DNA of 47,405 nucleotides from the NCBI GenBank assembly GCA_027295705.1, contig JAPUKJ010000115.1:1-47405 (forward strand), in the 5' to 3' direction. Origin of the DNA: Ignavibacteria bacterium. Its GTDB lineage: Bacteria > Bacteroidota > Ignavibacteria > UBA10030 > UBA6906. Each line of letters starts with the position of its first letter. Within the stretch, counting starts at the first letter, position 1. Shown here piece by piece: positions 1 to 7,936 of the stretch. A model generated the notes under the pieces. It saw nothing but the letters and a program-made list of their open reading frames with translations. It searched no databases and was not told the origin of the DNA. Both the position numbers and the translations under genes were made by a program.

Positions 1-522
1 GGCAAAGCCCGAAAGATCGGTCTTATACCCGGTGAGTTCTAGCTTCTCCTTTGCATTGTTTGTGACTGTAATGCTGGCTGTATTCCTCAACCCTACCTCT
101 GCGTCCTTGAACATAAACCGAGGTTCGCTTAGTGTGATTTCCTCAATGACCGACGCGGTAAATGTTATTCTTGTTCGAGGGGCATCTGCGGCGTTTGAGT
201 TCACTGTGACTGTCTTGCGAACGGGACCAATGAAGTTCTTCGAATTGAATTTTATTAACAAAGTCCCGGTTTCCCCCGGCTGAAGGTGATCGCTGGAAAG
301 AAGCGTTCCCGTGCACCCGCAGGAGGCCTCGACTTTGCCTAGCTCAAGTGTCTTAGTTCCGACATTCTTTATCGTGACCTTCTTCTCAGCCGTCGTTCCG
401 CGATAAATTGTTCCAAGGTCAATATTGGTTCCTTCAACGACTTCGATTTTCGGCTGCGCGTGGAGAACACATGTTGCCAGAAAGATCTGAGCAGCAGACA
501 GTATCACTGATACTTTTCTCAC
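1..522 (-). CDS. DUF1573-domain secreted protein (partial; 3' end runs off the window)
   Basis: My own minus-strand translation from GTG at 522 is open for all 174 codons to position 1. It reads MRKVSVILSAAQIFLATCVLHAQPKIEVVEGTNIDLGTIYRGTTAEKKVTIKNVGTKTLELGKVEASCGCTGTLLSSDHLQPGETGTLLIKFNS... It has a signal-peptide-like N-terminus and the SCGCT core I recall for DUF1573. AGAGGA lies about 10 nt upstream. It is absent from the ORF track because there is no in-window stop. Confidence 0.7.
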   Translation of the reverse strand, partial: MRKVSVILSAAQIFLATCVLHAQPKIEVVEGTNIDLGTIYRGTTAEKKVTIKNVGTKTLELGKVEASCGCTGTLLSSDHLQPGETGTLLIKFNSKNFIGPVRKTVTVNSNAADAPRTRITFTASVIEEITLSEPRFMFKDAEVGLRNTASITVTNNAKEKLELTGYKTDLSGFA

Positions 523-608
523 GACTATTGTATCCTCTGTTGGGGTCGGTGATTACAACAACTTAAGTAAACAGAAAAAACGGAAAAAGGCAAGGTCGAG
601 GTAAATGA

Positions 609-1355
609 TCACCCGCCTGGGAAAACATTCTGAAGTGCCCCCTGGCGCAGCAGAGGCGCAACTCGGTAGCGGTCCTCTCCAAATTCCTGGTGTAGTGCAG
701 CCATTACCGCGAAAACCTGACGCAGGCCGATTCTTTCCGCCCACTCGATAGGTCCAAAGGGGTAATTGGTACCCAGCTTCATGGCAGTATCGATATCTCG
801 CTTTGCCGCTACACCTTCCATCAATGCGAAGCATGCTTCGTTTGCCAGCATACAGACGATCCGCGGCAAAACGAGACCAACACTGTCGCGCACCAACGCG
901 CAATTCTTGCCAACTGCCTTTGTGAATTCCTTCGCAGCGGCAATCGATGGCTTGTCAGTTGCATCCGAGGTTGCTAGCTCGATGAGTGTCCCTTCAAGTA
1001 AGGAAGGGAGTGCACCCAGCCCAATGAGTCTAGCTGGACGCGTGATCCATCCCGACTGTTCTGCTGCTGTGACAGTGACGCAGGACGAGAGTATCGGAAC
1101 TTTCGGCCGGACAATCCGGTCGAGTTCGATCAGGTTTTTCTTTTTTTCTTTGATGGAGATATTTGTGAGCTCCAGCGCGATGTCAGTAGACCTTGTCGGT
1201 TTTGGAACTCTCTTTATCCCTTTGGGTAGTTTGGCGCTTTTGCTCGAAACGTTCAGACGCGCATGCACTTTGAAGCCTTTGTTCAAGCAGAGTGACGCGT
1301 ACTCCACGACTAAAGGAGATTCTCCAAGTATGCAAACCTGTTTGCCTTTGGCCAT
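609..1355 (-). CDS. 3-hydroxyacyl-CoA dehydrogenase-family paralogue with degenerate cofactor and catalytic motifs
   Basis: A 248-aa ORF lying 21 nt downstream of hbd. It aligns without gaps to Hbd across the central and C-terminal domains. However, GAGTMG is replaced by GESPLV, the His of GMHFFNP is Gly (GLGALPS), and the Asn of FIVNR is Pro (LVLPR). Confidence 0.8.
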   Translation of the reverse strand: MAKGKQVCILGESPLVVEYASLCLNKGFKVHARLNVSSKSAKLPKGIKRVPKPTRSTDIALELTNISIKEKKKNLIELDRIVRPKVPILSSCVTVTAAEQSGWITRPARLIGLGALPSLLEGTLIELATSDATDKPSIAAAKEFTKAVGKNCALVRDSVGLVLPRIVCMLANEACFALMEGVAAKRDIDTAMKLGTNYPFGPIEWAERIGLRQVFAVMAALHQEFGEDRYRVAPLLRQGALQNVFPGG

Positions 1356-1376
1356 CTGATAAGAGGATTTAGTGGC

Positions 1377-2228
1377 TTACTTGTACGTGTAGAACCCTTT
1401 CTTTGTCTTACGCCCCAGTGTGCCAGCCTCAACCATCTGCCGCTGGATAGGGTGGGGGCGGAAGCGCGGTTCATGAAAGAATTGCTCGTACACGGATTTC
1501 GTGACCGCATAGTTAACATCGATGCCAATAAGGTCCATGAGTTCGAATGGGCCCATCTTAAATCCTCCTTCCATCTTCACGATCATGTCGATCTCCTCCA
1601 CCGTTGCGACGCCCTCAGCTAGTAAGCGGAGTGCCTCACCATAGAATGGTCGCGCAACTCGGTTGACTATGAAACCTGGCGTATCTTTACAGACAACAGG
1701 GATCTTCTTCATCCTCAGTGCAAGGTCACATGCTGTTTTGGTTGTTTCGTCGGAGGTCTGTCTTCCTCGCACGACTTCAACGAGCTTCATGAGGGCAGGT
1801 GGGTTGAAGAAATGCATTCCAACGACTGACTCGGGTGTTTTTGTCAGCGATGCAATAGCACTTATCGAAAGAGACGAAGTGTTCGATGTGAGGATAGCCT
1901 CTGGTGCGACGATAGCATCAAGTTTCTTGAAGATTTCCTTTTTGACGTTCAAATCCTCAGCGACTGCTTCAATGATGAAATCTGCGTTCCCCATGTCTCC
2001 GAAGTTCCTCCTTGGGTGAATAGCAGAGAAGGCTTCGGTGGCTTCGGTGGCAGTGATCTTCCCCTTTTCGACCCCGCGTCTAAAGTCTTCTTTGATTCTT
2101 GCCATTGCGTCTTTGAGGACCTCCGTGGAAATATCATACAGTACAACGTCGAATCCTGCACGTGCGGCGACCTGAGCGATACCGTTCCCCATTGTTCCTG
2201 CGCCAACAATGCCAACGCTTTTGATCAT
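1377..2228 (-). CDS. hbd: 3-hydroxybutyryl-CoA / 3-hydroxyacyl-CoA dehydrogenase (NAD-dependent)
   Basis: 283 aa. It has the Rossmann motif VGIVGAGTMGNGIAQV, the catalytic region SNTSS...GMHFFNPPALMKLVEVV, and the C-terminal PGFIVNR...GPFELMDLIGIDV typical of the HAD/Hbd family. Confidence 0.9.
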   Translation of the reverse strand: MIKSVGIVGAGTMGNGIAQVAARAGFDVVLYDISTEVLKDAMARIKEDFRRGVEKGKITATEATEAFSAIHPRRNFGDMGNADFIIEAVAEDLNVKKEIFKKLDAIVAPEAILTSNTSSLSISAIASLTKTPESVVGMHFFNPPALMKLVEVVRGRQTSDETTKTACDLALRMKKIPVVCKDTPGFIVNRVARPFYGEALRLLAEGVATVEEIDMIVKMEGGFKMGPFELMDLIGIDVNYAVTKSVYEQFFHEPRFRPHPIQRQMVEAGTLGRKTKKGFYTYK

Positions 2229-2291
2229 GAAATATGGTGTGCTAATGGTGTGTGCGGACTTTGGAAGCTTCTGGCTGGAATTCGATGGGAT

Positions 2292-2320
2292 TATATAGAG
2301 ATTCTATAGGATATTGTCAA
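2292..2320 (-). promoter_or_regulatory. Sigma-70-like promoter candidate for hbd and its paralogue
   Basis: The minus strand reads TTGACA (2320-2315), a 17-nt spacer, then TATATA (2297-2292). It sits about 65 nt upstream of the hbd ATG, within the 143-nt gap after the upstream gene. Confidence 0.45.
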
Positions 2321-2371
2321 CCACCAGACCTCCCGTCAGGGCACGTCTCAGCGCGAAAGTGGGCCTTGTGA

Positions 2372-3157
2372 TTACTTGCCTTTGAATTTTGCTGGGCGTT
2401 TTTCGAGGAATGCCGCGATGCCCTCCTTATGGTCTTCTGTTTCTGAGGCGATTTGTTGAATTTGGGCCTCATAATCCAGCAGGGAGTCGAGGTCAGCCGC
2501 GAGCGATTTGTTCAGAGTGCGTTTGATAAGACCGATTGCGCGAGTAGGTTGTGATGCAAAGGAGTTGGCAATTTCCATGGTGACTTTTTCGAGTTCGCCA
2601 GGCGGGGCAATCTTATTCACTAAACCAACACGCTCAGCTTCCTCGGCGGTAACGTCTTTGCCGGTGGAGGCATATTCAAACGCACGTGCCATGCCGACCA
2701 GCCGCGGGAGAAACCAATGTGAGCCTGAGTCGGGCACGAGTCCTATGCGGATAAACACCTCGATGAGTTTGGCTGTTGTCGACATGACCCGCATATCACA
2801 GGCGAGAGCTATGCTGCACCCGGCACCCGCCGCCACACCATTGATCATGCCGATGACAGGCTTTTCTATAGTGCGCATTTTCCTAATCAGGGGGTTATAG
2901 GATTTTTCCAACGACTCTTTTAGGGAACGCTTCGACCCAGCGTGTTCTTTCAAATCCTGGCCAGAACAGAATGCTTTCTCCCCAGTTCCTCGAAGCACGA
3001 CACACCGCACGGCTGGATCTTTGTCGGCTTCTTTGAAAGCAGTGTTCAGCTCTTTCTTCATTTGTTCATTGAGGGCGTTGAAGACCTCCGGGCGGTTCAT
3101 GGCGATGGTCAAAACACTATCCTGAATAGTGTAGAGAAGAGTTTGATAGCTTTGCAT
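2372..3157 (-). CDS. Enoyl-CoA hydratase/isomerase family protein, PaaG-like branch
   Basis: 261 aa. Crotonase-fold motifs are present: AFCSGQDLKE, GAGCSIALACDMRV and IRIGLVPDSGSHWFLPRLVG. There is no Glu at the GxGxE position and it has the VPD Asp pattern I recall for PaaG-type isomerases. Confidence 0.75.
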   Translation of the reverse strand: MQSYQTLLYTIQDSVLTIAMNRPEVFNALNEQMKKELNTAFKEADKDPAVRCVVLRGTGEKAFCSGQDLKEHAGSKRSLKESLEKSYNPLIRKMRTIEKPVIGMINGVAAGAGCSIALACDMRVMSTTAKLIEVFIRIGLVPDSGSHWFLPRLVGMARAFEYASTGKDVTAEEAERVGLVNKIAPPGELEKVTMEIANSFASQPTRAIGLIKRTLNKSLAADLDSLLDYEAQIQQIASETEDHKEGIAAFLEKRPAKFKGK

Positions 3158-3210
3158 GATTTTGCTTTGTTAATACATGTATGGCAGTCTGACGTAGACC
3201 AACAAACTGG

Positions 3211-3984
3211 CTACTTGCCTTTCCATTCCGGCTTTCTCTTTTCACCGAACGCTTTCATTCCTTCTTTTTGATCGTCTGACGCAAAGAGGAGATAGAAGTT
3301 CTTGCGCTCAAATTCAAGGCCGCCCTCTATAGTAGTGTCGAATGCCTTGAGTACTGACTCTTTTGCTAGCCTAACGGCGACGGGCGGTTTGGAGGCGATT
3401 TCTCTTGCCCAATTCTTGGCTTCCTCTAGGTAATACTCGACGGGCACAACTTTGTTGATGAGACCCCAGCGCAGTGCTTCTTCAGCAGAGATCATACGTC
3501 CGGTCAGAACCATCTCCATGGCTTTCACTTTGCCGACTGCGCGGGTGAGTCGCTGCGTGCCGCCAGCACCTGGCATCACGCCTATGTTGATCTCCGGCTG
3601 ACCGAACTTCGCATTCTCGGATGCGACGACCATATCGCAGCTCATTGCCAACTCGCAGCCGCCGCCGAGCGCAAAACCGCTTACCGCTGCGATGATCGGC
3701 TTTTTGATCTTCCTGATGCGATCCCATCGCGCAAACTGATCCCGTGTTAACATTTCGATTGCGGAGGCATCCGCCATCTCTTTTATATCAGCACCTGCAG
3801 CGAATGCCTTTTCGTTGCCGGTCAGGATGACACATCGAACATCCTGTTCCTTGTCCAGTGACTCGAGTGCACCGACAACTTCCTCCATAAGCTTCATGTT
3901 GAGTGCATTGAGTACATCAGGCCTGTTGAACTGGACGATAGCGTAACCGTGTTGTTTGGTAACGATGATGTGCGTGGAGGACAC
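3211..3984 (-). CDS. Short-chain enoyl-CoA hydratase (crotonase)
   Basis: 257 aa with a GTG start. AFAAGADIKEM, GGGCELAMSCDM and FGQPEINIGVMPGAGGTQRL retain both canonical catalytic Glu residues. Confidence 0.9.
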   Translation of the reverse strand: MSSTHIIVTKQHGYAIVQFNRPDVLNALNMKLMEEVVGALESLDKEQDVRCVILTGNEKAFAAGADIKEMADASAIEMLTRDQFARWDRIRKIKKPIIAAVSGFALGGGCELAMSCDMVVASENAKFGQPEINIGVMPGAGGTQRLTRAVGKVKAMEMVLTGRMISAEEALRWGLINKVVPVEYYLEEAKNWAREIASKPPVAVRLAKESVLKAFDTTIEGGLEFERKNFYLLFASDDQKEGMKAFGEKRKPEWKGK

Positions 3985-4318
3985 TACTTCACCTGAAACA
4001 TGAATTAAAGTACCTTGCTTGAAATTGCAGATAGGGAAATGCCAGTGCTGTAAGATCCATGTGTTGTGTTACTCACAGGAGCAGGAGCATGAACTATTTC
4101 CACCTCACTTTGCTGAGTTCGCTTGGAATTGAAATGAACGTACAAATCCAAAAACCCTGACGTTGATCGTGTCTTTTTTCCACGTTACCTGGGATCGGAT
4201 GTTGTATCCTTCGCAAGGGTACGTGTTGGTCATGACGATTGCTGCTTGTACACCTGGTGGAGTTTCAGTTCGTTGTGAAAGAACAATATCAAATCCCGTA
4301 TCTGGCTCGCATTAAGTA

Positions 4319-6295
4319 TCAATCACCGAGTAATCTTTTTATGGTATCTCCGAGTGAAAGTCTGTAGACTCCCGCACCCTTCAGCCCTGCATAGAGTGTT
4401 GAACTATTAGAGCTCCAATGAAGCGCACGGACCTCTCCTCGCAATTTAGTGGTCGGTATTTCCATCCATGTGGCGCCTCCATTTTGCGAGTAATAGACCT
4501 GAATTCCATTCACAATTGCGACAACGTCTGATGGCTGGTAGCGGTCGAATGCTATGTGGACCTTGTCACCGACCTTCCACGGCGGCGAGTATCGATTCCA
4601 TTCGAGGCCACTGTTTGTAGATCGGAATCCGTCACCATCTGCCGTCCATGCATAGTAAGTCTTTTGATCTTTGTCATCGGATGTCACAGCCAGAATATCA
4701 TCGCCGACAATTCCGTAACGCGCAGGTTCCCAGTTGAAGCCGCCGTCGTTGGTTGCGATCACAGCCTTATTGCTGGTTGCAGCATGGATCATTCCGGCGT
4801 TCACTGGAGAGAACACAAGCGATCGAAGCTGGTATTTAGCTGCAATCGGTCTTGTTGGAGTCCAACTTTCGCCTCTGTCTGTAGAGATCATTAATCCCGT
4901 CTTTGTTGAGCAATACATCCTGCTGCGTATGGCGGGCTGTGTATCAAGATACGAAACTTGAATCCCGCGTAATGCCTTCGCGCCCGGCGTCCAGGAGACG
5001 CCGCTATTGGTAGTTTTGTAAATACCGTTCATGGTTGCGGCGTAAAGATAAGAAGTTGAATCTGCATCAAAAGCAACTGAGTTGATTGTGCCCCCGATTA
5101 GAGCATTACATGTTGAGACCCATGAGGCTGCCACTTTGTTATGATGGAAAAGTGCCTGGCCAACAACTCCGTACACCTTCCCACCGCTTCTGTCGGTCAC
5201 GATATTCGAGACTGTTGCCCCGCCCAGTCCAACATCAACATGCAGCCAGGTCTTGCCGTTATCGGATGAACGTTGTAACCCGATTCCTTCACCAAACACA
5301 TAGATCAATGGATTATTCTTGTCAGAGGCTAAAACGACAGAGGTTGCAATATGTGGAAGGTCATCAGTCAATTCCCTCCAGCTTGTTCCGAAATCAGTGG
5401 AGACCAGTAGACCACTTTCTGTTCCTGCGTAGATCACCTCTTGTTTCGCAGAATGGATGGCAAGAGATCTGATCTTCCCGCCTCCCGGCCCTTGTCTTGT
5501 GGGACTCCAGGTTGTGCCGGTGTTGGTAGACTTGTATATGTCTCCGCCGTTCGTGCCGAAGCACATCGACTCAGAGGAGAGCTGATTGATTACAAGATGC
5601 ATTGGAATTGATCCACTTGAAGCCAGGGCATCTGTTAACGGGAGCCAAGAACCACCAGCGTCAGTCGACTTGACGACACCGATCTCGGACATTGATGCGT
5701 AAACAACGTCTGGTTTTAGCTGATCAATATCGATGTCGAAGATATCCGCTTCTGCAATTGTAACAGAATCAAGGCCATTGTTGCATTCGTTCCAATTGAT
5801 ACCTCCATTGGTAGACTTGTATATGCCGCGACCCTTCAGCCCAACATACATCTGTGTGGACTTCCAGGGATCGATTGCAAAAGCGCGGGAGGGATTCGAT
5901 CCTCCAGAATTATCGTGTATTACAATTCTTTTCCACTCTCCTCCGTTGTGGTTTGATACAAATAGTCCCGCGTCGGTTGCTGCATAAAGCCTCTGTCGGT
6001 GTTCAGGATGCTGGACGAATCTGTGAATGGTTCGGTCTACCTGTATCGTTGAAAGGCTCGTCCAGGTTCTTCCTCTATCAGTTGACTTGAAGACTTGACC
6101 GTTTGTCAAGCCTGCATAGACGTGTGAAGGATTGTCTTCGTCGATGTGAACAGTCGATATGTTTTGAGCGTACGGTCCTCCGGTGTATTCCCATTCAACT
6201 ATAGAGAGTGAGGAGGAACAGCCGAGAAAAAACAAGAATGGAATGCTTGAAAAAGGGAAGAGGACTTTCGACCTGTGCAAACATCTATTTTTCAT
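4319..6295 (-). CDS. BNR/Asp-box repeat lipoprotein (beta-propeller; sortilin/GH74/Ycf48-like fold class)
   Basis: 658 aa with a lipobox FLFFLGC-SSS near the N-terminus. It carries 12 clear S-x-[DN]-x-G-x-[TS]-W Asp-boxes (STDRGRTW, STNGGINW, STDAGGSW, STNTGTTW, STDFGTSW, SSDNGKTW, TTNSGVSW, STDRGESW, TNDGGFNW, STNSGLEW, SQNGGATW, SNHNGGEW). Its start overlaps the upstream gene's stop by 11 nt. Confidence 0.8.
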   Translation of the reverse strand: MKNRCLHRSKVLFPFSSIPFLFFLGCSSSLSIVEWEYTGGPYAQNISTVHIDEDNPSHVYAGLTNGQVFKSTDRGRTWTSLSTIQVDRTIHRFVQHPEHRQRLYAATDAGLFVSNHNGGEWKRIVIHDNSGGSNPSRAFAIDPWKSTQMYVGLKGRGIYKSTNGGINWNECNNGLDSVTIAEADIFDIDIDQLKPDVVYASMSEIGVVKSTDAGGSWLPLTDALASSGSIPMHLVINQLSSESMCFGTNGGDIYKSTNTGTTWSPTRQGPGGGKIRSLAIHSAKQEVIYAGTESGLLVSTDFGTSWRELTDDLPHIATSVVLASDKNNPLIYVFGEGIGLQRSSDNGKTWLHVDVGLGGATVSNIVTDRSGGKVYGVVGQALFHHNKVAASWVSTCNALIGGTINSVAFDADSTSYLYAATMNGIYKTTNSGVSWTPGAKALRGIQVSYLDTQPAIRSRMYCSTKTGLMISTDRGESWTPTRPIAAKYQLRSLVFSPVNAGMIHAATSNKAVIATNDGGFNWEPARYGIVGDDILAVTSDDKDQKTYYAWTADGDGFRSTNSGLEWNRYSPPWKVGDKVHIAFDRYQPSDVVAIVNGIQVYYSQNGGATWMEIPTTKLRGEVRALHWSSNSSTLYAGLKGAGVYRLSLGDTIKRLLGD

Positions 6296-7139
6296 CGCGC
6301 TTAGCCATCATTGTTCTCAGACGTTTATAGTCGATCTCACGTTTCTCGCTAAACGCCTTGATCCCTTCCTTGATCTCTGGCGCAGACATGTGCACAGTGA
6401 GCCAGTCCCTTACGTTACCGATTGTCATGGACCAGGAAAGATCGCCCCAGAAGTTCAATTGCTGTTTTGTGTATCGTGTACACTCGGGGAGTTTGTTCAC
6501 AAGTTTTTCGGCCATGATTTCGACTGCCCTGTCGAGTTTTCGTCTTGGAACAAGCTGGGTTATCAACCCCCAGTCCAGTGCTTTCTTCGCTGATATCGGC
6601 TCATTGAGAAGCAGAATCTCACGTGCGCGCCGTTCGCCAACAATGAGAGGGAGCCATTGTGTCGCTCCCGCCGCCGCCACGCTTCCGCGTGAGGTACCTG
6701 CATGTTGGATGAACACATCACTCGCCGCTATGGCGAGGTCGCACGACATTTGCAATTCGTTGCCGCCTCCCACGACCATACCATTCAGCCTTGCAATTGT
6801 TGGTTTGCCAATGTTCCGTAGTCGCTCGAATGTTTCTATGAAGACGCCCATCCACTTGTAGAAGTCATTGGGATGATCCAGGAATTCTTCCTTCCACTCC
6901 TTCATATCGGCACCCGTGCAGAATGCCTTGTTGCCCGCCCCGGTAATAATAAGAACTGCAACACTGTCATCCCACGCAGCATCTTCGTAGGCAGCGCCCA
7001 ATTCGCGGAGGGTTTCGAGGTTTAAGCAGTTGTACACCTTGGGCCGGTTGATGGTGATCGTAGCGCGCCAATTGCCCTTATTATAGAGAATGTTCTTGAA
7101 GCTGAGTTCTTTTGGGTTCTTGCCAGTGTATTTAGACAT
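6285..7139 (-). CDS. Crotonase-superfamily enzyme, MenB/BadI-like
   Basis: 284 aa. Motifs are AFCTGADMKEW, GGGNELQMSCDLAIAA and IQHAGTSRGSVAAAGATQWL. By memory these resemble the naphthoate synthase / 2-ketocyclohexanecarboxyl-CoA hydrolase branch rather than plain hydratases. Confidence 0.7.
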   Translation of the reverse strand: MSKYTGKNPKELSFKNILYNKGNWRATITINRPKVYNCLNLETLRELGAAYEDAAWDDSVAVLIITGAGNKAFCTGADMKEWKEEFLDHPNDFYKWMGVFIETFERLRNIGKPTIARLNGMVVGGGNELQMSCDLAIAASDVFIQHAGTSRGSVAAAGATQWLPLIVGERRAREILLLNEPISAKKALDWGLITQLVPRRKLDRAVEIMAEKLVNKLPECTRYTKQQLNFWGDLSWSMTIGNVRDWLTVHMSAPEIKEGIKAFSEKREIDYKRLRTMMAKRDEK

Positions 7140-7195
7140 ATCTTATCCTGAGGAGCGAAGCGACGAAGAAGCTGATTCGTCTGGTAATGTCTGAA

Positions 7196-7229
7196 GTGTG
7201 TTCAGATTCTTCACTTCGTTCAGAATGAC
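7196..7229. repeat. 34-nt repeat, copy A (gtgtGttcagattcttcactTCgttcagaatgac)
   Basis: 31/34 nt identical to 7594-7627 in direct orientation. It lies just downstream of the GIY-YIG stop codon. Confidence 0.9.
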
Positions 7230-7275
7230 TGAAGCACTGTCACTCTGAGTCCCGCATTTCGGGACGAAGAGTCTG
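7203..7275. repeat. Imperfect palindrome made of two inverted copies of the same repeat family, spanning the GIY-YIG stop codon
   Basis: The left arm is cagattcttcacttcgttcagaatgac (7203-7229) and the loop is tgaagcact. The right arm is gtcactctgag[tcccgcatttcggga]cgaagagtctg (7239-7275). The arms are reverse complements with a few mismatches, and the right arm carries an inserted 5-bp mini-hairpin (tcccg/cggga). Confidence 0.8.
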
Positions 7276-7569
7276 ATCGGACAAAAACCACTCAGTACTT
7301 AAGTCAATCCAGTTTGGGTTCACCGATTCAATCAACGCGATCTTCTTTGACCTTAGCCAACCCTTGATCTGCTTCTCACGGGTAATTGCCTCGCGAATGT
7401 CTGGAGTAGCCTCAAAGTATACGAGCTTTGTTATATTGTATCTACTAGTGAACCCGCGCAAGAGTTTCTCTCTGTGCTCGTAGACCCCTCCGTTGCAGAT
7501 CATTTGTAACCCCTGTCTATAGAGTGTTCGGGACTTGTTTGTCAATATGTGAACGTAGTATTGGCTCAC
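7240..7569 (-). CDS. GIY-YIG nuclease-superfamily small protein (COG2827-like)
   Basis: 109 aa with a GTG start. The sequence MSQYYVHILTNKSRTLY...YEHREKLLRGFTSRYNITKLVYFEATPDIREAITREKQIKGWLRSKKIALIESVNPNWIDL follows the small stand-alone GIY-YIG family pattern as I recall it. The C-terminus is encoded by the repeat element. Confidence 0.75.
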   Translation of the reverse strand: MSQYYVHILTNKSRTLYRQGLQMICNGGVYEHREKLLRGFTSRYNITKLVYFEATPDIREAITREKQIKGWLRSKKIALIESVNPNWIDLSTEWFLSDQTLRPEMRDSE

Positions 7570-7593
7570 AATCCTCGACTTGAGATGTCGTCA

Positions 7594-7627
7594 GTGTATT
7601 CAGATTCTTCACTCAGTTCAGAATGAC
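7594..7627. repeat. 34-nt repeat, copy B (gtgtAttcagattcttcactCAgttcagaatgac)
   Basis: A direct repeat of 7196-7229, offset by 398 bp. It lies between the EthD-like stop and the GIY-YIG start. Confidence 0.9.
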
Positions 7628-7636
7628 ATTGTCCTG

Positions 7637-7936
7637 CTATGCCACCTCACCGTGAAATACAGTGATAATATCTGCCGCGAAGCTCATGAGATCGCGAGTG
7701 ACTGCCTTCCCTTCAGGTGAAGCAAGAGCAGCATCCATGGCATCTTTGTTGTCAAAATACATCTCTGCCATCAAGTAGAACTTTGTCTCCCCGATAGGCG
7801 CGCCGGTGATGCGTGTAATCTCAAGCTTCCGCAGGCCGGGGTATTTTTTGACAAGTGGCGTGTGGACATTCTCGTAGTGTTTGTCGAATTCAACCGTGTC
7901 TTCTGGCTTCCGGTAGAGGGCGATGAGTTTGGTCAT
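7637..7936 (-). CDS. EthD-family protein
   Basis: The 99-aa version starts MTKLIALYRKPEDTVEFDKHYENVHTPLVKKYPGLRKLEITRI...FYLMAEMYFDNKDAMDAALASPEG, matching the EthD/TIGR02118-type pattern as I recall it. The 46 extra N-terminal residues in the 145-aa track ORF look non-genic. Confidence 0.7.
   Translation of the reverse strand: MTKLIALYRKPEDTVEFDKHYENVHTPLVKKYPGLRKLEITRITGAPIGETKFYLMAEMYFDNKDAMDAALASPEGKAVTRDLMSFAADIITVFHGEVA

Noticed and set aside
32-283. 83-aa plus-strand ORF at the left edge
   Set aside because: It lies antisense to a much longer open frame (1-522, minus strand) that encodes a recognisable DUF1573 protein with a signal peptide. The plus-strand product has no recognisable motifs.
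3985-4318. 334-nt non-coding gap between the BNR lipoprotein stop and the crotonase start, including a minus-strand ORF of about 47 aa
   Set aside because: I could find no convincing promoter boxes, terminator hairpin, repeat or conserved-looking peptide. It probably contains ordinary termination and initiation signals that I cannot resolve by eye.
7495-7540. Possibility that the odd YRQG...NGG segment of the GIY-YIG protein reflects a frameshift or pseudogene
   Set aside because: Both alternative frames hit stop codons within a few codons (tag, tga), and the annotated frame is open end to end with conserved motifs on both sides. I treat it as an intact but divergent gene.
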